In this document: piece after piece, positions 1 through 8,376 of the stretch
Layout of the letters: every line of letters starts with the position of its first letter
Numbering within the stretch: position 1 is the stretch's first letter
IMG/VR virus record: IMGVR_UViG_3300036766_000988
Span: 188,184-252,183 of that record
Direction: 5' to 3' (one strand)
Length of the DNA stretch: 64,000 nucleotides
Made by a program: the position numbers and the translations under genes
Notes under the pieces: generated by a model
Databases searched by the model: none
What the model was told of the DNA's origin: nothing
What the model saw: only the letters and a program-made list of their open reading frames with translations

Positions 1-1036
1 GACTAGGAATACCGCCAGCGAGATTCAAGACATCGCAGATGAGGCTCACTTTGGTCGCATATCGAGTTCGCAGGAAGTATTCCGCGAGCTTGATGCACCC
101 GACACCGTAGCGTTCCCAAAGTTGCTGTCCGAGAGCCCGGTCGACGTAGACGAACTCCGCGAACATGCCGTTGGCGAGTCGAAAGCTGTTCATGGCAGCT
201 TCGGCCAACCCCGCCGACACTTCCTCGGCACTCACCCGCTCGATAGCCTGTTCAATGAGGCTAATGGCTCGCTTGGAATCCCCCAGTGCGAGTAGGATTT
301 CGTAGTAGGTCGCCACGACATTGAGGTGCAGGTACTCCCGCACGCTCTTGAGGGTGACGTCTCCTGCTTGCGCGATCATCTCCAGCCGGTTGACCACATC
401 ACGCACGTGGCCGCCCGAGTAGTCGATGACCGTCAAGACAGCATCGTCTTCGTGGTAGACTTCCTCGGCGTTGAGGATCTTCTTCATCCGCACCAGCACG
501 TCTTCTCGTGTGATCTTGCGGATTGCGTATTCCTCGCACCTGGAACGAATCGGGCCTCGGATCTTCTCCGGCTCTGTCGTACAGAAGATCCCCACCATCT
601 TCTTGTCTTCGAGGGGCTTGAGCAAGACGTCTTGCGCGTCTTTGGACATCCTGTGCGCTTCGTCGAAGACGTAGACTCGCTTCGGTGCGTTGAAGACCGC
701 GAAAGGTAGGTCGTCCACGATGGCGCGAACGTGCTCTATGGTCCCTCGGCTAGCGGCGTCCTGTTCGACGTACGCTCCGGAGGTCTCGGCAAGGACGTCG
801 CGACAGTTCTCACACTCGTTGCAAGGTTCGGGGTTGGCCTTGTTGAGATTCATGCAGAGCATCGCTCGTGCAAGGATCCTGGCAAGGGTTGTCTTCCCTT
901 GCCCATGCCCACCTGAGAACACGTAGTTCGTGTCCAAAGCGGTATCCTTCGCGAGACGTGCCTTGAGTAGAAGGACGGCGCCCTCCTGCCCAAGCACGTC
1001 TCCGAAGGTCATAGGCCTATATTTGGTGTCCCACAC
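1..1036 (-). CDS. dnaX: DNA polymerase III gamma/tau clamp-loader subunit (partial, runs off left edge)
   Basis: Absent from the ORF track (no stop in window). Manual translation from GTG 1036 (GGAGG upstream): MWDTKYRPMTFGDVLGQ, Walker A GGHGQGKTT, Zn module C..PCNECENC, DAAS, Walker B FDEAH, IRSRC. Confidence 0.92.
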   Translation of the reverse strand, partial: MWDTKYRPMTFGDVLGQEGAVLLLKARLAKDTALDTNYVFSGGHGQGKTTLARILARAMLCMNLNKANPEPCNECENCRDVLAETSGAYVEQDAASRGTIEHVRAIVDDLPFAVFNAPKRVYVFDEAHRMSKDAQDVLLKPLEDKKMVGIFCTTEPEKIRGPIRSRCEEYAIRKITREDVLVRMKKILNAEEVYHEDDAVLTVIDYSGGHVRDVVNRLEMIAQAGDVTLKSVREYLHLNVVATYYEILLALGDSKRAISLIEQAIERVSAEEVSAGLAEAAMNSFRLANGMFAEFVYVDRALGQQLWERYGVGCIKLAEYFLRTRYATKVSLICDVLNLAGGIPS

Positions 1037-1038
1037 GA

Positions 1039-1452
1039 TTAGGCCTCCGAGCGCCGCTGCTTTATTTCGTAGAAAGTACGTGCATCGTCCGTGTCTTTCC
1101 ACTCTTGGTCAGGGATGCACCGGATCCAGGAGCTGAAGAACTCTCCGGCTTCTACGAGGAGCTTGTCTCCCGCGCACTCGATTTCGACCAGACCGGGATA
1201 GCCACGGATGTTCTCGTTGACGGAGCTGAATCCGCCTCTTTCCCGAGCTGCCAAGATCTCCGTCACATAAGACACGGTGCCCGGTTGACAGAACTTGATG
1301 ATCCGTGGGTGCTTGGAGGCCTCCACGTTCTCTTGTTCGGTAGGCGGCCGGACCCGAACCCACAGGTTTCCCTTCTTCATCGACGAGCGTCGAGAATTGT
1401 GGGCCTGTACGAACTTGCGGACATCCTCCGCAAAAGCGTGTTCAGGAGGCAC
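1039..1452 (-). CDS. hypothetical protein
   Basis: Tightly packed in the minus-strand operon. Confidence 0.65.
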   Translation of the reverse strand: MPPEHAFAEDVRKFVQAHNSRRSSMKKGNLWVRVRPPTEQENVEASKHPRIIKFCQPGTVSYVTEILAARERGGFSSVNENIRGYPGLVEIECAGDKLLVEAGEFFSSWIRCIPDQEWKDTDDARTFYEIKQRRSEA

Positions 1453-1457
1453 GGGGA

Positions 1458-1937
1458 TCAGGTCTGCCGCTGGGTGACTTCCTCGGTGACTTCGGCCGCG
1501 ATCTCTTCGATGTTGATCTGCTTGGCGACGGAGGCGAAAGCAGTGAGGTCATTGTTCCATGCCCCGTGTCGGCGAAGGATCGTGGCGAACTCCTGGACGT
1601 CGGGCTCGCGCATGGTCCACTTCATGGAGCTGTCTTCCTCGTTCTCTTCTCCCGTGCAGCGTTCGAGGAGATGGTCGACGAGAGCCGAGCGCTGTTGCTC
1701 GCTCATGTCGTTCCACTGATCCATACCGACTTCGAGCATGAAGTCGGAGTCGAGTAGAAACTCCAGAACGCCGGAAACCTTGCGAACCTTCCCAGGGACC
1801 GGCTTGCCATTCTTGATGGAGGCCTTGTCCACGAACACGTACTTCACCCGAGCCGTCGCCAGCTCGGGGTGGTACATGGGGATGAGGTTCTTGGCAATGG
1901 CCTCGACAGACTCCGCGCTACCGTAGACTTTGGGCAT
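1458..1937 (-). CDS. putative phage metallopeptidase-family protein, degenerate metal site
   Basis: ALVDHLLERC and REPDVQEF..RRHGAW resemble family motifs (LVDHELxH / HDVEEF); start taken at ATG 1937. Confidence 0.6.
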   Translation of the reverse strand: MPKVYGSAESVEAIAKNLIPMYHPELATARVKYVFVDKASIKNGKPVPGKVRKVSGVLEFLLDSDFMLEVGMDQWNDMSEQQRSALVDHLLERCTGEENEEDSSMKWTMREPDVQEFATILRRHGAWNNDLTAFASVAKQINIEEIAAEVTEEVTQRQT

Positions 1938-2655
1938 TATGGGTCTCCATGTCGTCCGAACCCAATTGAGTTCGGAGGTACTCCTGGAACCGAACATCCC
2001 CCCAAGTTTCCCAGAGGTCTCCTGGGTCCTTGGTGAGCTTGTCGGTCCCGATCATCGGGACAGTGGGATACGAGATAGTCCGTATACCAAATTCGTGACC
2101 GTGACTCTCCCTAAAACGCTTCGAGACTCTCCGGCCGGTCTCATCCGCATCATATCCGAGCCAAATCCGCTCTACAAGACGTCGTAGGATGCGGAGGAAA
2201 GGTTCGGTCACCCTTGCCGTGAGCGTTGCGACGACTCCAGGGAAGACGCGCTGCACCGGGAAGAGGTCGAAACCGCCTTCGACGAGATACACCGAGCGTG
2301 TTGCCCAGACGTGGGGCATCGCTTGAGCGAGCCCGAAAAGGACCGCCTCGTCCTTCCCCTCGATAAAGTCCATGTAGCCCGCGCGGTCTCTGGACACGTA
2401 CCTGAACTGCACCCCACGGATGGTGCCGATCGTGTTCGTCAGAGGCAGGACCAGAACATCGTCGAGCTTGGCCCCTCCATCCGACCACTTGAGGAAGGCC
2501 TGGGGGTAGTCCGCATCGGGCAGCTCTTTGTTGAGGTACCCGAGACCGTACGTAGCGATCTGCTGTTCGGACACGCCTCTAGCAGAGAGGGCGTCGAGAA
2601 CTCTTTCGTTCAGGCGTCCGCAAGCGCCTGTCGTCAGATCATCGAGCCACGTCAT
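1918..2655 (-). CDS. DnaG-type primase catalytic/TOPRIM core without Zn-binding domain
   Basis: YGLGY, LVLPL, LFGL, VYLVEGGFD, GYDADETG, KDPGDL motifs. Confidence 0.85.
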   Translation of the reverse strand: MTWLDDLTTGACGRLNERVLDALSARGVSEQQIATYGLGYLNKELPDADYPQAFLKWSDGGAKLDDVLVLPLTNTIGTIRGVQFRYVSRDRAGYMDFIEGKDEAVLFGLAQAMPHVWATRSVYLVEGGFDLFPVQRVFPGVVATLTARVTEPFLRILRRLVERIWLGYDADETGRRVSKRFRESHGHEFGIRTISYPTVPMIGTDKLTKDPGDLWETWGDVRFQEYLRTQLGSDDMETHNAQSLR

Positions 2656-3220
2656 CGACCACCACCATGTTTTGGTCGATGCGTTGGAACAGCAGACCCA
2701 GATGGTCTTCGACGCGGGTGTAGATCCCGAGACGATCGGAACCCACGGTCACCAACGCCGCCCCCTTGGGTAGGTCTGACACGAGTACCTTCATCCCGTT
2801 CACCACTCCGGCAAACCCTTCTGGTACTGGCTCGCTCTTCCCTATCATCGCTGGGGCGTCGATCGCGGAGACGACGATCACCTTCGCTTCTAGGCCGAGA
2901 CTTCGAAACCGGTCTACGGCTGTCTGGATACCACTACACCGCAGCGGCCACTTCTGCTGCGTCCAAAGCCACTCGTAGAGACGGCGGAGCAGCCGGGGCT
3001 CTTCTTCGAAGGAACACGGGGAGAAACCGAAGCGAGCGACCCCTGTACGGCTGGTGCTGGTGGGCAGGAAAACACCGCGAGCGTTGGTCGCCAACAGGGG
3101 GTCTTGGCCTTGATGGAGATCAACTTCTCCTAGGAGAGGGGCCTTGAAGTCTCCTCTCCGACCCTTGGGAGGAAGGAACCGCTCGGCCCTCAGCATGTGT
3201 TGGAACACAGAGGCGGGCAT
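2639..3220 (-). CDS. hypothetical protein
   Basis: ATG 3220 overlaps the upstream TGA; operon context. Confidence 0.6.
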   Translation of the reverse strand: MPASVFQHMLRAERFLPPKGRRGDFKAPLLGEVDLHQGQDPLLATNARGVFLPTSTSRTGVARFGFSPCSFEEEPRLLRRLYEWLWTQQKWPLRCSGIQTAVDRFRSLGLEAKVIVVSAIDAPAMIGKSEPVPEGFAGVVNGMKVLVSDLPKGAALVTVGSDRLGIYTRVEDHLGLLFQRIDQNMVVVDDVAR

Positions 3221-3801
3221 CACGTGTCCTTCGGAGCTTCGAGGAGCTTGGCGATGTCGTAGCTCGGTTGTACCGGCTCGACCCGGATTCGAAGCATCCG
3301 ATACCAAAGACGCTTCCACCATGGGATCCGCACCTTGCTGACCTCTGTATCGAGCGCCCAAAAGAGACCGTACATCTCAGGCATGTGGCTGGACACCCAC
3401 TCCACGTTCTCGACATCTCGCCGGAAATTCTCTTCGAGGGTCTCTTTGGTTTGGGTCGGCGTGAAGTAGGGGCACCTCTGTGCATCGATGGGGTCTTCGC
3501 AGATGTTGCCCTGCCACTGATCGGGATGCTCAGCTCCCAACATGCAGAGCCCCATTGTCTGCACTACAGGAAGCCCCCGGGAATCAGCGACTCGGTTGAA
3601 GCTGTCGTTGGGAGATCCTTCCACCAATTTCCGTGTGTCGAGGGGTTGTTGGTGGTTGTGCGTGCAGAGATGAGGGAGACGACGAGATGCCTCGTCCACA
3701 CGTCGATCTAGCTCCTGAACGAGCAGGAACCGGATACGATCTGTGATCTGGCTCTGGGTTTTCATCGTGCGCCTCGCATTCGACGAAGACCGAGACTCCA
3801 A
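3220..3801 (-). CDS. hypothetical Cys/His-containing protein (likely start ATG 3765)
   Basis: Coupled ORF; HLCTHNH, CML, CED..RCPYF. Confidence 0.6.
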   Translation of the reverse strand: MESRSSSNARRTMKTQSQITDRIRFLLVQELDRRVDEASRRLPHLCTHNHQQPLDTRKLVEGSPNDSFNRVADSRGLPVVQTMGLCMLGAEHPDQWQGNICEDPIDAQRCPYFTPTQTKETLEENFRRDVENVEWVSSHMPEMYGLFWALDTEVSKVRIPWWKRLWYRMLRIRVEPVQPSYDIAKLLEAPKDT

Positions 3802-4457
3802 GAGCCGTTGGTCTCCTCAGTGACACTGTGACCCTGGTACGCTAGATCCGCGTGATCGAGAAAAGCTTGCTTCTGAGAGACGTATAGGATGTGGATCCCT
3901 GTCGTCGCAGCGAGCTTCTTCAAGAACTGTCCGGCCGCGTCGATGTATTCGTCGCCGTTGATCGCCCCCAAGGTCTCATCGAGGAACAGAACAGGGGCAC
4001 GTTTCAGACGAAGGATCGCAAGGAGTCGCAGCACCAAAGACGCAATGCTGGACGGGCCCCCTCCGAACGATTCCAGAGGGTGCCCTCGAACCGCCATCGT
4101 CTCACTCCCCTGGCGGAAGAAAAAGTCGATGGCGACCTTGTTGTACTTCTGCGAGATCTCGGCTTCGAACGTGAGTTGCTGGTCGAAGAAAATCGCCCGT
4201 AGCCCTTCGGTGACGATCCCCTCGATCGTCCGTACCTGATCGGTGACGAGCTTGTCCATCAGGACCCGGAGAAGTTCTCCGACTTTGGTGAGACGTTCGA
4301 TCTGACGCGATAGGGCTTCGACCTCCCGCTGCTTACCCTCCAGGTCACCCACGATCTGATCGCGGATGGCCTGGATTCGAGCTGCGTTTCGGTTGAGGGT
4401 CTGGACCCGTCGGCGCCAGGTCAGTCCTTGCTGGGCATGAAGCGCGTCACCCGGCAC
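3762..4457 (-). CDS. SbcC/Rad50-like ABC ATPase, C-terminal half
   Basis: Short coiled coil, signature-like SFGGG, Walker B VLFLDE, H-loop position YVSQ; no Walker A. Confidence 0.82.
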   Translation of the reverse strand: MPGDALHAQQGLTWRRRVQTLNRNAARIQAIRDQIVGDLEGKQREVEALSRQIERLTKVGELLRVLMDKLVTDQVRTIEGIVTEGLRAIFFDQQLTFEAEISQKYNKVAIDFFFRQGSETMAVRGHPLESFGGGPSSIASLVLRLLAILRLKRAPVLFLDETLGAINGDEYIDAAGQFLKKLAATTGIHILYVSQKQAFLDHADLAYQGHSVTEETNGSWSLGLRRMRGAR

Positions 4458-5734
4458 TTGCTACCACCTTCCGGACGCTTCTCGTTGCCAGCCTCGTCCT
4501 TCTCGGTGGAGGAGCCCCCGATGACCTTCCCTTCGTTGTTCATCCAGAACTCGTCGATCGTGCGGAACATCGCCGCACCTTTCGGACGCCTGTCATCCGG
4601 CGGCACCGTGAGCACGCGGAACAAGACCTCGTGTCCCTTCAAGTCACCGATCAGCTCGATGAGCTGTGTGATGTTGAGGTTGTACTGGAAGTCCTTCTCC
4701 TCCGCGAGCTGGACCTCGACCGGTACCGGGAAGGCTCCGGTCTTGGATCCCCCATCACTGGCGGTGAAGTAGAGCTTCTTCTCCGACGCCTTGTATTGAA
4801 TGTGGATCTTGTCGCGGTTCGTTTCGAGCCCTGAACGCGTGAAGTTGAGAGCGTTCATGAGCGTGACCTTGGCCATACGGAAGACGTACTGGTCGTGCTT
4901 GAGCGGCAGGTAGGAGTACTTCGAATGCGTCTTCGAGTGAAAGGCCCAACCGAAGACCTGCTCGCCCTCGACATTCCCTTCCTTGTTCTTGATCTCGTTG
5001 GCAGCGAACATCATGTGCTTGCCGTGGCGGATCTCGACCGGCCCCTCGCATTTGCTGAGGAAGGCCCCCAGCCGATCGAGGTGGGCGCCGTGAATGGCAA
5101 CCCCGTCGTTCTTGAAGGCCTCCGAATAGAACCAGAAGGCCTTGGTACCATTCGTCGCGTACATGTTGCCGTTGCCCTTGGCCCATGCCTCGTTCGTCTC
5201 GTCGAAGATCTGCACCGTTTTGAGGTGGTCTTCGGCGCGGGTGTCCTTCGCATCGGCGATGAATTTCTTCGAGAGGCTGATCGCCTCACGTAGGATCCCC
5301 GCAGCGAACGTCTTCTTCTGCCCCGCGGCCTCGAAGTCGTCGTCGATTGGCGAGATGAACCTCGGGTCGAACGACATCATCTCCTTGTGAGCTTCGCTCG
5401 TCGACTTGAACTGCACTGCGTAGTCGGGGCCTTCCGTCTTCACGTCGAAGTCGATCTCGTCGTCAGGGATGTACTGGATCCCGGCGAGAAGCATGGGGGG
5501 TGCGATGAACGACCCCTCGCCATCGAGTTCGAGGAGCTTGATGTCCGCCCTGGCGACCTCGGTCTGGTCCCGTGAGTAGACGTGGCATCGGGGAAGCCCA
5601 TCCTTCAAGTACGCCTTGAAGAGATAGCCTGCACCCCCTTGAGTCGTAACCGGACTCGGAGTGACGTTGCCGACGATGTTGAGAGCCCTGATGAGATCGG
5701 CAGCCTTGAGCTTGAAGCGCATGTTCATCCTCAT
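4421..5734 (-). CDS. dnaN: divergent DNA polymerase III beta sliding clamp
   Basis: N-terminal MRFKLKAADLIRAL, repeated clamp-like segments, C-terminal RFMP; clamp-loader genes nearby. Confidence 0.72.
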   Translation of the reverse strand: MRMNMRFKLKAADLIRALNIVGNVTPSPVTTQGGAGYLFKAYLKDGLPRCHVYSRDQTEVARADIKLLELDGEGSFIAPPMLLAGIQYIPDDEIDFDVKTEGPDYAVQFKSTSEAHKEMMSFDPRFISPIDDDFEAAGQKKTFAAGILREAISLSKKFIADAKDTRAEDHLKTVQIFDETNEAWAKGNGNMYATNGTKAFWFYSEAFKNDGVAIHGAHLDRLGAFLSKCEGPVEIRHGKHMMFAANEIKNKEGNVEGEQVFGWAFHSKTHSKYSYLPLKHDQYVFRMAKVTLMNALNFTRSGLETNRDKIHIQYKASEKKLYFTASDGGSKTGAFPVPVEVQLAEEKDFQYNLNITQLIELIGDLKGHEVLFRVLTVPPDDRRPKGAAMFRTIDEFWMNNEGKVIGGSSTEKDEAGNEKRPEGGSKCRVTRFMPSKD

Positions 5735-6003
5735 TTCTTGTCGAATGCGGCGATGGCCTGCTCGGCAGCCACGAGGTCTTTCTCGTACGCGACCACCATC
5801 GTATTCAGGTTCTGTTCGGCCTTGTCTCGTTCAGAGGCAAGGTTCTTGGGGTCATGCCCTGCTGCGCGGATCTCTTTGATCAAGACCGCCAGCTCTTCCT
5901 TTTTGGCTTCGAGTTGACCTCCCACTCCGGCCTTCTTCTTGTTGAAGGCATCCGTGCGGCGGATCAAATCCTCGACCTTTTTCTTTAGTTCTTCGGGAGC
6001 CAT
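5731..6003 (-). CDS. small coiled-coil protein (possible third SbcC piece)
   Basis: 90 aa heptad-rich ORF between the two SbcC halves; GGAG RBS. Confidence 0.7.
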   Translation of the reverse strand: MAPEELKKKVEDLIRRTDAFNKKKAGVGGQLEAKKEELAVLIKEIRAAGHDPKNLASERDKAEQNLNTMVVAYEKDLVAAEQAIAAFDKK

Positions 6004-6047
6004 CGATTCTCCTAACCGTTAGTCTCGACTTTGAGCGCTGGGGCTTC

Positions 6048-6950
6048 TCAAAAACCCACGTCTTCTACACCTGCGCCGTCAGGAATGGGGGCCCGAATGC
6101 TGCCAAAATACGTTCCCTCGGGGCAGATGGGCTTGAACGCGCAGAGACGGCACCGATCGCCGGGACTCACCGGGAACAGCTCTTGAAGGGCGGCGGTCTG
6201 ATTCGCCCCTTGGAAGGTCGCTAGCCGTGTCTTGGCCTCTTCGATCCGCTTCATGGAGTCGAGGACGCCGTTCTGTAGCTCCAAGAGGTCCGCTTCAGTG
6301 AACGGGACCCAGTCGAGCGCCTGCTCAGCCTCAAATCGCCAGAAAACGAACCCGATCTTGTCTGGCATGAAGCCGTGCCGCAGCCGATGGAGCATCGCGT
6401 ACCACCGGAGCTGGCTGGGATCGACATACTTGTCCCGCCATTTGGAACCCTTGCCGTCCAGTAGGATCAGATCGTTGTGCGGGGGGATCCGCTTGATGAG
6501 AAAGTCAGCCCGCCCACCGATGGTATGCCCTTCGATGGTGTGGTCGAGCTTCACTTCGGCTTCGGACTGAGTCGGGCCGAGGAGCTTGTGGTGCCGAATA
6601 ATCGAGAGCCCCCTGGGGATGGCCGATCGCACGTCATCGAGGAGTGCCTCGGGAGTTTCGTAGTTGGCCTTCTCGTCGTCGGGCTTCCAACGGATTGCCC
6701 CGTCACGGGATTCCTTGACGAGCGCTCTTCGATAGTGAGCGGGTACGAGACCGAGGAGCGTTTGCTCGATACCGGACTGCCGCCAGATGCGCTCACTGTA
6801 GAACGTCTCGAATAGCCCTCCGACGATGGTGCCGAAGAGAGAGTTGACCCGATTGTCGGGCACATCCAACCGCGTTTTGTTGACGTACTGGTGCCAGTAG
6901 ATACGAGGGCAGGACGAGAACGATTTGTGACCTGTGTAGGAGAGGTACAT
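6048..6950 (-). CDS. PD-(D/E)XK RecB/AddB-like nuclease with 1+3 Cys motif
   Basis: SYT..CPR, GRADFL, LDGKGS, QLRWYA, CRLCAFKPIC. Confidence 0.85.
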   Translation of the reverse strand: MYLSYTGHKSFSSCPRIYWHQYVNKTRLDVPDNRVNSLFGTIVGGLFETFYSERIWRQSGIEQTLLGLVPAHYRRALVKESRDGAIRWKPDDEKANYETPEALLDDVRSAIPRGLSIIRHHKLLGPTQSEAEVKLDHTIEGHTIGGRADFLIKRIPPHNDLILLDGKGSKWRDKYVDPSQLRWYAMLHRLRHGFMPDKIGFVFWRFEAEQALDWVPFTEADLLELQNGVLDSMKRIEEAKTRLATFQGANQTAALQELFPVSPGDRCRLCAFKPICPEGTYFGSIRAPIPDGAGVEDVGF

Positions 6951-7387
6951 CAGACCGCCTTGATGTCGCCCGGACGCTCGCCGGGGTAGTCGTTGAAGAT
7001 GCCAAGCGCCTGACGCTTATGCCCAGTCTTCGTAGAGTGCTTCTCGTTTGCCTGCGTCATGCGTTGGATTTGGAAATCAACCTGGAGGTCGGACTGTTTC
7101 GACAACCACATCGAGATGGTCGTACACATCAGAGACCAAAGGGGATTGACCCACCCGTCTGCCCGCTTGAAGAGACGGTCGTAGTTTGCATCTTCCATGA
7201 TGAAGCGAACGTCTACGTCCCTAAAGTCACGTCGTGTGAGGGACGAGCCGACGAGGTAACATCCGTACTCACCGAGCGCCTGGTTGACGATCACACAGGC
7301 TTGGTTGAGATTGTACGAGTTCGTTGCTGGTAGGTAGTCCGCCCGCCACTTCACCGGCTCTGGGGCCTTCTCTTCGTCGATCATCAA
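6950..7387 (-). CDS. minimal nucleotidyltransferase (pol beta superfamily)
   Basis: YLVGSSLTRRDFRDVDVR (GS..DxD) plus downstream VDFQ. Confidence 0.65.
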   Translation of the reverse strand: MMIDEEKAPEPVKWRADYLPATNSYNLNQACVIVNQALGEYGCYLVGSSLTRRDFRDVDVRFIMEDANYDRLFKRADGWVNPLWSLMCTTISMWLSKQSDLQVDFQIQRMTQANEKHSTKTGHKRQALGIFNDYPGERPGDIKAV

Positions 7388-8364
7388 CCCACCTCCGCTC
7401 GTGCGCGTTCCAGATAGTCCTTGGCGAGGTCGCGTACATCGGTTGCGAAGTCGAGCGCCGCTAGGTTGTCTTCGATCGACTTGGTTGCATCGAAGGTGGT
7501 GCTCGCTTGCAACGCCCCGATGAACTGGTCAATGTTCGTGTCCTCTTTCTCTTGCCGCTCTTTGCGTTCTAGGTCGAAGACATCCTCGGCAGGCGCAACG
7601 ATGAGAGGGAGAGGGACGACCCGAATCCCTGACGGGTCGGCTTCGATGTACGCGACCTTGGGCGTTCGATGGAGGTTCTCACGTACGAGAGCCCCTCGTG
7701 AGACAGCCCCGAGGTTGACGAACTGCTGCGTACCAATCTCGACGATCCCTTGATCTTTGTGCCAGTGTCCGAAGCACCAGACATCCGGACCATCCTCCGA
7801 CACGAGATCGGCGTAGTCGAAAACAGGTTCCCCAAAGAAGTCCTCGACACTTGCGGGAGGGCTATCCCCAGCGAGCGCATGAACGACTGCTACCAAGAAC
7901 GTGTCCCCCGGTTTCTTCTTGATCGCCCGCAAATCCGCCAGCGTGCGGAAGGGGCTGTAGGGCATCCCCACCACACGAACTTGGAGCTGCCCATCCGAAA
8001 AGACGTGTTCCGTCATCTGAATGAACACCTCGGATGCGAGCAGAACTCCAAGGGGCTGGCGTTCTAGCGTCTCAAGGTTGTTGTACGAGATATCATGGTT
8101 GCCTGGGACCGTGAGGGTCGGGCAACGGTAGCCTCGATGGATTTTGGCGCTCTGCACGACGAGCGAATGAGGATTCCTACTGGCGCTCTTGATGTGGAAG
8201 TAGTCCCCTCCGTCCAGTACCGCGTCCGCATCGTACTCCTTGGCGTACTTGCCGATCTGAATGAGGTTGTCCCAAATCTCGGCTGCGTAGTCGCCTTTCC
8301 ACGACGCTGGATTCCGATCACAGACGTGCGTGTCGGTACGGTAGATGAACGATAGACGAGGCAT
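7384..8364 (-). CDS. sbcD: SbcD/Mre11 metallophosphoesterase nuclease
   Basis: DTH, GGDYFH, PGNHD, GHWH, NLGA motifs; adjacent to SbcC. Confidence 0.9.
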   Translation of the reverse strand: MPRLSFIYRTDTHVCDRNPASWKGDYAAEIWDNLIQIGKYAKEYDADAVLDGGDYFHIKSASRNPHSLVVQSAKIHRGYRCPTLTVPGNHDISYNNLETLERQPLGVLLASEVFIQMTEHVFSDGQLQVRVVGMPYSPFRTLADLRAIKKKPGDTFLVAVVHALAGDSPPASVEDFFGEPVFDYADLVSEDGPDVWCFGHWHKDQGIVEIGTQQFVNLGAVSRGALVRENLHRTPKVAYIEADPSGIRVVPLPLIVAPAEDVFDLERKERQEKEDTNIDQFIGALQASTTFDATKSIEDNLAALDFATDVRDLAKDYLERARAEVG

Positions 8365-8376
8365 TTTCAGGGCCCA

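Noticed and set aside
6048-6950. Cas4/CRISPR association
   Set aside because: No repeat-spacer array or other cas genes seen; context is recombination.
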